This document shows, piece by piece, positions 28,356-36,650 of a stretch of DNA of 64,000 nt (position 1 is its first letter; each line of letters starts with the position of its first letter). The DNA lies in NCBI GenBank assembly GCA_964409385.1, contig CAYPCY010000001.1:170546-234545 (forward strand), given 5' to 3'. The notes below the pieces were generated by a model. The model did not search any database and had not been told where the DNA came from. It saw only the letters and a program-made list of their open reading frames with translations. A program made the position numbers and the translations under genes. Origin of the DNA: an uncultured Methanosarcinales archaeon (GTDB lineage: Archaea; Nanobdellota; Nanobdellia; Woesearchaeales; CAYPCY01).

Positions 28356-29429
28356 TTACTTGACAATCTCAATGCCTAGTTCTTCGCTCATCCGTTCTCT
28401 GTTTGCAGTCTTTTCCCTTTCTGTTTCTCTTCCTAAGACCCATGGACTACTTACTCCTGTAATTATTGTCATTACAGTAAGTTTTCCTTTCATTTCTTCA
28501 GTAACCCTTGCTCCCCAGATTACATTGGCATCTTCGTCCATGCTTTCAGTCACTAGTTCTCCTACTTTGTTTATTTCATCAAGAGTAAGATCTGGACCTC
28601 CAGATATGTGGATTATAGCTCCGCTTGCTCCGTCATAGTTAACATCTAGTAGTGGGTTTGATAATGCTCCCCTTACTGCTTCTTCTACTTTATTATTAGT
28701 ATCTGAAGCTCCTACTCCGATTACTGCAACATCTCCATTAGTCATTATTGTCTTTACATCTGCAAAGTCTAAATTAACTAATGATGGAACAGCTATTGTT
28801 TCTACAATTCCCTTAATCATTGTTGAGATTAATTCGTTAGCTACTGCGAAAGCTTGTTGTAATGGCAAGTTTCCTGCAATTTCAACTAGTCTATTATTGT
28901 CTAAGACTATTGCAGTATCTGCAACTTTTCTTAGCTGTTGTAAACCAAATTCTGCCTTATCTACTCTTGCTCTTTCAATCTTGAAAGGCATTGTTACAGT
29001 CCCTATTACTATAGCTCCTGTATCTTTAGCTACTTGTGCTATTACTGGTGCAGAACCTGTTCCTGTTCCTCCACCCATTCCTGAACATACAAATACTAAG
29101 TCTGCTCCTTTCATAGATTCTTTAATTTCATTGATTGATTCTTGAGCTGCTTCTGCTCCTTTTTGTGGGAATCCTCCACAGCCTAGGCCTCTTGTTAGGT
29201 CTTTTCCTATTAGAAATTTCCTGTCAGCTTCGGTAATTTTCAAATGTTGTTGGTCAGTATTACAAGCTATTATTTCAGCTCCCTTAATACCTTTTTTGTA
29301 TAACCAGTTAACAATATTGTTTCCGGCTCCACCAGTTCCTACTACTTTAATATTCGCTTGGCTTAGGTCTAGTTCTTCAACTCCCATCGCTTCAGCATTT
29401 TTTTTTGCTTGGTCTATTACAAAATCCAT
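28356..29429 (-). CDS. ftsZ: Cell division GTPase FtsZ
   Basis: [29 protein letters not shown]. Confidence 0.98.
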   Translation of the reverse strand: MDFVIDQAKKNAEAMGVEELDLSQANIKVVGTGGAGNNIVNWLYKKGIKGAEIIACNTDQQHLKITEADRKFLIGKDLTRGLGCGGFPQKGAEAAQESINEIKESMKGADLVFVCSGMGGGTGTGSAPVIAQVAKDTGAIVIGTVTMPFKIERARVDKAEFGLQQLRKVADTAIVLDNNRLVEIAGNLPLQQAFAVANELISTMIKGIVETIAVPSLVNLDFADVKTIMTNGDVAVIGVGASDTNNKVEEAVRGALSNPLLDVNYDGASGAIIHISGGPDLTLDEINKVGELVTESMDEDANVIWGARVTEEMKGKLTVMTIITGVSSPWVLGRETEREKTANRERMSEELGIEIVK

Positions 29430-29527
29430 TTTATTATCTCCCCCTTCGAGTTTTTTTTATTGTGAGCATTACAACTAACGAAAAGTTTATATACTAGTTA
29501 GCACACTACTCTTTTAGAAACAAAATT

Positions 29528-29570
29528 TGTTCGCCAAAACAAATATCTTTTATCTTGTGTTCGCCAAAAC
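29528..29570. promoter_or_regulatory. 13-bp direct repeat pair upstream of ftsZ
   Basis: TGTTCGCCAAAAC at 29528-29540 and 29558-29570 (30-bp period). Confidence 0.5.
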
Positions 29571-29667
29571 CAAGATCTGATTTTTTTTACAACTTTTATT
29601 CTGTCAAGTTTATATATAAATATTATTAACTTTAAAAGTATAGTTTATAAAATATAGTTTGTAAAGG

Positions 29668-30201
29668 TTATTTTTTATACAACACTTTCTTCTTGCCTGG
29701 ATATAGGCCCATGTCAGTCATTTGCTTGAATTGTGCCGCTTCCAGAGTTAACATTGAAATAGTAAAATTATATTTTGTTTTTATGTCGTAGATCAAGCTT
29801 TTTAATTTGGTTTGATTATCTATATCTCCAATAACTAAGAGATTTGCCTTATCTTTATCCTCAGTTCCATGTAAGACTATGTATTGAACTCCTTCAACAT
29901 TCTTTGCTTTGTCTATAAACTCTTGGATTGCAGAGACTTTTTCTTCTATAAAACTAGAAATGAATTTAACTTGTTCATTATTTGCTATTCTATACAGCTT
30001 TAATTTTTTTATCTTAACCCTTTCTATAATGTTTAGATTTGTTAATGAATTAATTATTCTATATACTGTTGTTATTGGGACTCTTGCTTTCTTACTTATC
30101 TCTTGAAGGTAGAATTCATCTTCAGGATTTCTTAATAATAGTTGAATTATCTTTAATATCTTCTTATCAAATAAGTTTTCTAATAGGTGTTTTCTGTCCA
30201 T
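29668..30201 (-). CDS. wHTH regulator fused to degenerate minimal-nucleotidyltransferase-like domain
   Basis: FYLQEISKKARVPITTVYRII HTH; IVLHGT...ANLLVIG lacks the DxD catalytic acids. Confidence 0.7.
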   Translation of the reverse strand: MDRKHLLENLFDKKILKIIQLLLRNPEDEFYLQEISKKARVPITTVYRIINSLTNLNIIERVKIKKLKLYRIANNEQVKFISSFIEEKVSAIQEFIDKAKNVEGVQYIVLHGTEDKDKANLLVIGDIDNQTKLKSLIYDIKTKYNFTISMLTLEAAQFKQMTDMGLYPGKKKVLYKK

Positions 30202-30234
30202 TTACCACTTTAATTTCTTAAATCTATATAAAAG

Positions 30235-30270
30235 TTTCCATTTATGAAAAGATGTTTTCATTTTTGAAAA
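30235..30270. promoter_or_regulatory. Tandem palindromic operator-like sites TTTYCA-N4-TGAAAA
   Basis: TTTCCA-TTTA-TGAAAA (30235-30250) and TTTTCA-TTTT-TGAAAA (30255-30270), adjacent to the TATA box of the wHTH gene. Confidence 0.55.
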
Positions 30271-30272
30271 CA

Positions 30273-31916
30273 CTATTGTGAAGAATACAAAGACCTAACT
30301 AACTCAATACTAGAAACATCCTTCTTATCAGTTCTCAACCTTAAAATTCTTGGAAACCTCAACGCATACTCTGAAGAATAACTAGGACTTTTCTGAATCT
30401 CTTCATAAGCCACTTCCACAATAATCTCTGGTTTTATTTTAACTTCCCTACCATTCTCTTCCTGAACTAAAGGTTTAATCAAATTAGTTAATTCCTCAAA
30501 AGTCAAACCTTCAGACTTCTCCTTAACACCAGTACCAACCTTACCCACTTCTTTTCCTTCCTTACACGCTAGAGTATATGAAGTAATCCAACCACTTCGT
30601 TTTCCCTTACCCCATTCACCACCAACAATTACCAAATCTAAAGTTTCCATAATACTCTTTAGCTTCAGCATATGACCCACCCGAGCCCCTGGTTTGTATG
30701 GCGCTTCAAGATTCTTAGCCATGGCACCCTCAAAACCCTCTTTTAAAGCGTCTTCATAGAATTTCTTAGCTTTAGTTACTGAATCTGTTATTATACCTGT
30801 AGATACTTGTATCAATCCGGGTTTTTTAGGTATTATTTTCTCTATAAGCTTTCTTCTTTCCTCGAATGGTTTATCAATCAAAGACTCACCATTAAGATAA
30901 AGAATATCAAAAACATTCAGTTCTACAGGTAATTTCTTTGCAGTAAGTTCAATATCAAACTTTCTTTTTATCCTTTGAGAAATCTTCTGGAATGGTAAAT
31001 GTTTTTTTGTTTTTGGATCATAACCAACCGCTTCACCATCAATAATAAAATCACCCTTCACTTTCTTTATTGCCTGTATCAAATCAGGAAATTGTTTACT
31101 CACATTATCCAATCTTCTAGTGAATATTCTAACATCACTTCCTCTCTTGTGCGCTTGAATCCTAAAACCATCAAACTTATGTTCAATCATTACTTTCTTC
31201 AAATTATCAAACACACTTTCAACATCCTTCGCCTTTATTGCAAGCATCACTTTCAAAGGAGTAAATAATTCAATCCTTGCTTTCTTTCCAGAAAGTACTT
31301 GTTCAACCACTTTACTAAAGTCACTCGTGAAGTCATAAGCCCTCTGCACTAAACCAGTATTTTCTTTCGTTTTAGTTAAGAAAGCCAGAACTATAGCATC
31401 CCTTAAAGTCCCCTCGCCAATTCCAACCCTTAAATCTCCAAGAACAGTCCTAACAATATATTTCGCTTCTATTCCAGAAGAATTACCTAATAATTCCGAG
31501 ATTAAACTTAGTTTCTTCTCAGTGCTTGAAAGTCCTTCTATCAAAGCTAACTTCTCCAAATTAGAAAAAACTTTCTCCACAGTTAATTTTTTTGAGAATA
31601 GAGTAACTTGTTTCTTTCCAGTAAATATTTTCTCTGCAACTTCTCCCAAATCACCAATTTCACGCCATAAACTAATTATTTCTTTAGATTCCCTTCCTGA
31701 AGATGAAGCCATCACTTTCAATACTAACTTGTCTGAAACTCCTAACACTCTAGAATCCCATATTGGAAATACTCTTCCCTGAACAAGAAGAATAACATCA
31801 CCCAATAACTTCTTATTAGTTTTTCTTAATAACTCTGCAAGAATATCAGTCTTTTTCAGTCTCTTACTCGTAGAATAAAGCTTTTCATAATATTCTGCAA
31901 GCACTAAGTATTTCAT
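30273..31916 (-). CDS. lig: ATP-dependent DNA ligase
   Basis: HKFDGFRIQAH, DGE, FDIL, EGAMAK, LRFPR. Confidence 0.96.
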   Translation of the reverse strand: MKYLVLAEYYEKLYSTSKRLKKTDILAELLRKTNKKLLGDVILLVQGRVFPIWDSRVLGVSDKLVLKVMASSSGRESKEIISLWREIGDLGEVAEKIFTGKKQVTLFSKKLTVEKVFSNLEKLALIEGLSSTEKKLSLISELLGNSSGIEAKYIVRTVLGDLRVGIGEGTLRDAIVLAFLTKTKENTGLVQRAYDFTSDFSKVVEQVLSGKKARIELFTPLKVMLAIKAKDVESVFDNLKKVMIEHKFDGFRIQAHKRGSDVRIFTRRLDNVSKQFPDLIQAIKKVKGDFIIDGEAVGYDPKTKKHLPFQKISQRIKRKFDIELTAKKLPVELNVFDILYLNGESLIDKPFEERRKLIEKIIPKKPGLIQVSTGIITDSVTKAKKFYEDALKEGFEGAMAKNLEAPYKPGARVGHMLKLKSIMETLDLVIVGGEWGKGKRSGWITSYTLACKEGKEVGKVGTGVKEKSEGLTFEELTNLIKPLVQEENGREVKIKPEIIVEVAYEEIQKSPSYSSEYALRFPRILRLRTDKKDVSSIELVRSLYSSQ

Positions 31917-31994
31917 ATTAAGAATTAATTGTTAGAAGTATAAAAAAGTATTGTAATAAACAATTTTTTAAATAAACCTCATTTCCAGAAAACC

Positions 31995-32747
31995 ATGAGT
32001 TTATACATTATTAGTCTGGGACTTCACGACTACAAGGATATTTCAATTAAGGCTTTAGAATTAATTAAAGATTGTAACATCCTTTATCTAGAAAACTACA
32101 CTTGCAAGTATAAAGAATCTATAGAAGAGTTAGAAAAGAAGTTTAATAAAGAAATCATACCTGCAGACAGAACATTAGTTGAAAATAATGCAGAAACTAC
32201 AATTTTAGAAAATGCTAAAACAAAACATGTTGGTTTTTTAGTAATTGGTGATGCAATGTCTGCAACTACTCATTCAGACATTTTCTTAAGAGCTAAAAAA
32301 CTAAACATTAAAACACATGTTATTCCAGGTTCTTCAGTATTTACTGCAATAGCAATTACTGGATTACAACTTTACAATTTCGGAAAGACGGCAAGCATTC
32401 CATTCAATACAAATAGTTTCAAGCCAGAAACATACTATAATATTCTAAAAGAAAACAAAAACTTACACACTCTAATGCTTTTAGACTTAAAAAAAAACAA
32501 GTTCATGACAATAAAGGAAGCAATAAACAACTTGTTAGACATAGAGAATAAAAGAAAAGAAAATGTGTTCACTGAAAACACTTTGTGTATAGGCTGTGCT
32601 AGACTTGGAAGTTTAAATCCGAAAATAATAGCTGGATCTGCAAAAGAACTTAAAAATGAAGATTTCGGAGAACCAGTCCATTGTTTAATAGTTCCTGGAA
32701 AGTTACATTTTAAAGAAGAAGAAATGATTAACATATACAGAAAGTAA
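31995..32747 (+). CDS. dph5: Diphthine synthase
   Basis: LYIISLGL, YLENYT, IGDAMSATTH, GLQLYNFG, HTLMLLD, HCLIVPG. Confidence 0.93.
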   Translation: MSLYIISLGLHDYKDISIKALELIKDCNILYLENYTCKYKESIEELEKKFNKEIIPADRTLVENNAETTILENAKTKHVGFLVIGDAMSATTHSDIFLRAKKLNIKTHVIPGSSVFTAIAITGLQLYNFGKTASIPFNTNSFKPETYYNILKENKNLHTLMLLDLKKNKFMTIKEAINNLLDIENKRKENVFTENTLCIGCARLGSLNPKIIAGSAKELKNEDFGEPVHCLIVPGKLHFKEEEMINIYRK

Positions 32748-32791
32748 TACTTTGTAAGAACATTTTTAAATCTTAAAACACTCCATCAATC

Positions 32792-33625
32792 ATGAAGAAA
32801 AGAATAACATTAACCATAGACAAAGAAATACTAAAAAAAATAGATTCCTCAGTAGATAACAACATAATAAAAAACAGAAGCCACGCTGTAGAATTACTAC
32901 TAAGAAACTCACTACAAACCAACGCACCCACAAAAGCACTAATTTTAGCAGGTGGTGCAGACAGAATAATAGAATTAGAAGGAAAACAAATTCTTCAAAG
33001 CCTAATAAAAATAGACGGAAAAACAATTATTGAAAGAAATATCAACTTATTAAAAAATCACGGAATTAAAGACATAATAATTTCCTTATGCAAAGAACAA
33101 GAAGGACTAAAAACACACTTAAAAGATGGTGCAGAACTAGGAGTTAATATAACCTACTTAAAAGAAGACGAACACCTAGGAACTTCAGGATCAGTAAGAG
33201 AAGCAAGAAAACACTTTAACGACACATTCCTAGTATGCAATGCTGACGAAATAAAAGATATCGACATTAGCAAAATGTACGAATTCCACAAAAGTCACAA
33301 CGGAAAAGCAACTATCGCCTTAACAACATCCGCAGACCAGTCAGACTATGGAGTTGCAGTATTAAATGGTCATAAAATAATCACATTCGTCGAAAAACCA
33401 GTCAGAGGTTCAGAACCATCCAAACTAATAAATGCAGGATTATACATTTTAGAACCTGAAATCATAAGCTTACTACCAGAAGGATACAGTAGATTCGAAT
33501 ATGATGTTTTCCCAAAACTAGCCGCTGAAGAATCACTAAATGGTTTCGTATTTTCAGGACAATGGTTTTCACTAGATTCAGTAGAAAAGTACGAGAAAGC
33601 CAAAAGATACTGGAAAAACAAGTAA
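32792..33625 (+). CDS. Ribbon-helix-helix domain fused to sugar-phosphate nucleotidyltransferase-like domain with degenerate signature
   Basis: MKKRITLTID...NRSHAVE (RHH); ALILAGG, LGTSG, YGV, FVEKP, INAGLY; GxGTR..P..PK replaced by ADRII. Confidence 0.8.
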   Translation: MKKRITLTIDKEILKKIDSSVDNNIIKNRSHAVELLLRNSLQTNAPTKALILAGGADRIIELEGKQILQSLIKIDGKTIIERNINLLKNHGIKDIIISLCKEQEGLKTHLKDGAELGVNITYLKEDEHLGTSGSVREARKHFNDTFLVCNADEIKDIDISKMYEFHKSHNGKATIALTTSADQSDYGVAVLNGHKIITFVEKPVRGSEPSKLINAGLYILEPEIISLLPEGYSRFEYDVFPKLAAEESLNGFVFSGQWFSLDSVEKYEKAKRYWKNK

Positions 33626-33659
33626 AATTTTTAAAACAGTTCTTTTTTTCAAAGTCTAT

Positions 33660-33752
33660 AGTCCCGTAGTGTAGCGGCCAATCATCTCAGCCTTTGGCAG
33701 AAATCATTTCTGAAGACAGCTGAGGACCCCAGTTCGAATCTGGGCGGGACTA
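33660..33752 (+). tRNA. tRNA-Gln(TTG) with 20-nt intron (33698-33717) at 37/38
   Basis: A1-U72 acceptor AGTCCCG/CGGGACT; anticodon stem TCAGC/GCTGA; BHB central helix CTTT/GAAG with 3-nt bulges. Confidence 0.95.
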
Positions 33753-33757
33753 TACTT

Positions 33758-34057
33758 CTAAAACAAGGATCCTGCAATAACTCCTAGAATAAATACTAAC
33801 AAACTCATTGCAAACAAGAACAAATTAAACTTTATTGTTGCCTTCTCTTGACCAGTTCTTAAATAAAATACATATAATCCAATAAATGAAAATAATGTCA
33901 CAACCAATAATGGAATTGCATAATCAGTTATTTCAGTCGGTTGTTCTACAGTTCCGAAGGCAGACCCTACAACATCCGCAGCTCCTGAAAATGCCAAACC
34001 AAATATGCTCCCAGTAGCGAATAATAGACAACCTACAATCACATAATCCTTTATCAT
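33758..34057 (-). CDS. Small membrane protein (about 3 TM)
   Basis: Hydrophobic segments; TATA upstream. Confidence 0.65.
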   Translation of the reverse strand: MIKDYVIVGCLLFATGSIFGLAFSGAADVVGSAFGTVEQPTEITDYAIPLLVVTLFSFIGLYVFYLRTGQEKATIKFNLFLFAMSLLVFILGVIAGSLF

Positions 34058-34133
34058 GAGTAACTAAACAAGTTTTTCACTTAAATATATTTCGATAATA
34101 TTTAAAAATAGATACTAATTTCCAAGTAAAAGA

Positions 34134-34188
34134 ATAAGTTGGTGAAAGCTCACTTATATCAAGAAACACACACTCAAGATTTCTTGAT
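34134..34188 (+). promoter_or_regulatory. Structured 5' leader of rps15 (candidate ribosomal-protein leader)
   Basis: ATAAGT/ACTTAT stem capped by GAAA tetraloop, abutting ATCAAGAAA/TTTCTTGAT stem; TATA at about 34101. Confidence 0.5.
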
Positions 34189-34204
34189 CAAAGGTAATAA
34201 AAAA

Positions 34205-34660
34205 ATGGCTAGAATGCATTCAAGAGACAAAGGAAAATCAAGAAGTACTAAACCAATTGCAAAAAAAGTTCCTTCTTGGGTTAGTTATAAAACTAAAGAA
34301 GTTGAAAAATTAGTAGTAAAACTTTCTAAAGAAGGAAATTCTACTGCAAAAATAGGATTATACTTAAGAGATTCTTATGGAATTCCTAATGTTAAATTAA
34401 TAACTAAGAAAAGCATTTCAGAAATATTAAAGAATGAGAAAATATATCCTGAAATTCCTGAAGATTTAATGGCACTTATAAGAAAAGCAGTTAGTATTAG
34501 AAAACACAGGGAAGATAATCACAAAGACAATACTTCTAAAAGAGGACTTCAACTAACAGAATCTAAAATCAACAGATTATCTAAATATTACAAAAAAACA
34601 AGTGTTTTAAGTAGAGATTGGAAATATGATCCTTCAAGTATTAAGTTACTTGTTGATTAA
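34205..34660 (+). CDS. rps15: 30S ribosomal protein uS15 (S15P/S13e)
   Basis: [38 protein letters not shown]; start reassigned from 34139. Confidence 0.96.
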   Translation: MARMHSRDKGKSRSTKPIAKKVPSWVSYKTKEVEKLVVKLSKEGNSTAKIGLYLRDSYGIPNVKLITKKSISEILKNEKIYPEIPEDLMALIRKAVSIRKHREDNHKDNTSKRGLQLTESKINRLSKYYKKTSVLSRDWKYDPSSIKLLVD

Positions 34661-34935
34661 AGTAAAGATCTGGCCTCTCTAATATGTTGGGCTAGATTTT
34701 CTCCTTTTTTTGTTAAGGTTAGAATTTTTAATCTTCCTCTTTTTTGGAAAACAATAAGTCCTGCCTTATTCATTTCTTTTAATAATTTCACAACATGAGA
34801 ATAAGTACAATCTATAGTCTTAGCAAGAGTAGACGCATAAATTTCCTTGTCAGATTCTAGAAGTGTAACTAATAACATCGCAGGCTTCTCTCTAAATATG
34901 ACATCAAAATACTTGCTTTTTCTGAAATTAAACAT
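34657..34935 (-). CDS. Winged-helix DNA-binding protein
   Basis: [20 protein letters not shown]...GR.K..LT.KG. Confidence 0.8.
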   Translation of the reverse strand: MFNFRKSKYFDVIFREKPAMLLVTLLESDKEIYASTLAKTIDCTYSHVVKLLKEMNKAGLIVFQKRGRLKILTLTKKGENLAQHIREARSLL

Positions 34936-34973
34936 ATCTACTTTACCCCCAAATAACTAAAGTATATTTTTCT

Positions 34974-35094
34974 TATATAAAATTTATGAAAACAAATTTT
35001 AATACCGACAGAAGTTTTTCTTCTGTCTCGTATATAAAATTTATGAAAACAAATTTTAAATCTAGAAAAGTTTATACTTTTCTAATTATATAAA
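34974..35094. repeat. 29-bp direct repeats separated by different perfect hairpins
   Basis: TATATAAAATTTATGAAAACAAATTTTAA at 34974-35002 and 35031-35059, partial at 35087; spacers GACAGAAG/CTTCTGTC and TAGAAAAGT/ACTTTTCTA. Confidence 0.85.
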
Positions 35095-35120
35095 TTTTGT
35101 TATTAATAATTAAGTAATAA

Positions 35121-35192
35121 TGCTCACGCGAAGAATTGAACTCCGACTTTAAGGTCCGCAACCTTATGTCCTATCCTTTAGACGACGAGAGC
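35121..35192 (-). tRNA. tRNA-Arg(GCG), one U-U mismatch in acceptor stem, overlapping upstream CDS
   Basis: GCTCTCG/CGTGAGC-A; anticodon arm TAAGG-TTGCGGA-CCTTA; T arm CGGAG-TTCAATT-CTTCG. Confidence 0.85.
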
Positions 35193-36015
35193 TCTCCTTA
35201 ACTCTTTGCCAATAATAAGATCCTGGCTTTTTTACTAGTGATTCATATTTTAGTTTCAAAGTAGGAAAGAAATATTTTAAATTTTTTGGAACTACTCTTA
35301 ATGAAGTTGATGCCCTTCCTGAAATTTTGAATTCTTTACCAATAACATCAGTCTTCTTTTTTCTTACACTTTCTAAAAATTCTTCAGGAGTTGAAGCTTC
35401 TGCAAATGTTTGAACACTTCCTAATTGTTTTAAAGTATGAGCATCACTGCCTCCTGTAATTATAGAATTATTTTTTATTGAATAATTAATAGCACGTTCG
35501 TTCATTTTCTTTGTTAAAGAACCACAAACAACTTCTATCCCATTAACTTTCTTCAACAAATCTTCACTAACAAAGTTTCTTTTTACTGACTTCATAATTC
35601 CCATTTGAGATGGTGCGAATGGATGTGCAAAACTCATTACTGCATTGAATTCTTTTGCTTTTTCAACATAATAATAAACTGAAAGTTTAGTTGCAGAATA
35701 AGGATTTTTTCTCTTGTTTTTTTTAATAAACTTCTCGTAAAATTCTCTTCCCTCCTTAAAATTATTAAAATAAGTCAGTATATGCGGTCCTTCCTTACTT
35801 GAAAATTCCATTCCTGGAATTAAAAGGATTTTTTCACTTTTTATTCTACATCCTAAAACAGTATTATGGTCTGTTAGTGCAAAACCGAATTTTTCTTTCT
35901 CTGCCTTCTTTATCATATTTTTAACTGTTGTGAAACTATCACTGTATCTTGAATGACAATGCATATCAACTCCTGAAAAACCTTCCGTAAATTTTGGAAT
36001 TTCTTTTTTTATCAT
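35164..36015 (-). CDS. PHP-domain phosphoesterase
   Basis: DMHCHS.YSD, ALTDHN, PGME, AHP, GGSDAH. Confidence 0.9.
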   Translation of the reverse strand: MIKKEIPKFTEGFSGVDMHCHSRYSDSFTTVKNMIKKAEKEKFGFALTDHNTVLGCRIKSEKILLIPGMEFSSKEGPHILTYFNNFKEGREFYEKFIKKNKRKNPYSATKLSVYYYVEKAKEFNAVMSFAHPFAPSQMGIMKSVKRNFVSEDLLKKVNGIEVVCGSLTKKMNERAINYSIKNNSIITGGSDAHTLKQLGSVQTFAEASTPEEFLESVRKKKTDVIGKEFKISGRASTSLRVVPKNLKYFFPTLKLKYESLVKKPGSYYWQRVKESSRRLKDRT

Positions 36016-36650
36016 TTTATTGCTATTGTTGATGGTGCTCGCCTACCAACTACTGGTCCGTCTTTAACTTGAAATCCTGTCCTTGCCATATTCACTCTTA
36101 CTTTTGATGAGCAACTATAAGTTGTTAATCTACTTCCTTGTTTCATTAAATTATAAACTTGAGTAAAAATTTTTTCAGTCCATAATTCTGGATTTGCTTT
36201 CGGACTAAAAGGATCAAAAAAAACAGCATCATACTCCTCTGTAAGTTTCAATAAAGCAGTCCTTAAGTCTTCAATCATTAATTTAATATTAATATTTTCT
36301 GGTAATTTTTCTTTAGTAACAACTTTTTTAATCATCCAATAATTCTCTATTGACGGATTTAAATTCTTTATTTCCTTAATTATTTCCAGATCTTTCTCAA
36401 TAGCGACTATTTCTATTTTACAATTAGGATTTGTTTTCAATGCTTCATCAATAGCAACTGCTGAATTATATCCTATTCCAAAACAAATATCAAGAATCTT
36501 CAATTTGCCAGTTTTTGCAACTTCCCTAACCCTAGCTGGTTCGACATGTTTCTTTAATGCTTCTTCTATACCTCCAGATACTGAATGATAACATTGTTTT
36601 GATTCTTCATTATAGAAAGTTTCAGAACCATCTTTTGTAATTAATTTCAT
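36012..36650 (-). CDS. MnmC/MnmD-like SAM methyltransferase
   Basis: TKDGS.T, YHS, LDICFGIGYN, FFDPFSP..NPELW, TTYS. Confidence 0.88.
   Translation of the reverse strand: MKLITKDGSETFYNEESKQCYHSVSGGIEEALKKHVEPARVREVAKTGKLKILDICFGIGYNSAVAIDEALKTNPNCKIEIVAIEKDLEIIKEIKNLNPSIENYWMIKKVVTKEKLPENINIKLMIEDLRTALLKLTEEYDAVFFDPFSPKANPELWTEKIFTQVYNLMKQGSRLTTYSCSSKVRVNMARTGFQVKDGPVVGRRAPSTIAIK

Noticed and set aside
28321..28638. + strand ORF with SD GGGGTGA and ATG, antisense to ftsZ
   Set aside because: Almost wholly overlaps ftsZ on the opposite strand with Ser/Thr-rich shadow composition; the SD-like string is better explained as the complement of the minus-strand hairpin loop.
33698..33717. tRNA-Gln intron as a novelty
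   Set aside because: Canonical 37/38 position with a standard BHB motif; ordinary for archaea.
34974..35094. CRISPR array
   Set aside because: Only two full repeats, spacers are self-complementary, and there are no cas genes in the window; kept as a non-CRISPR repeat.
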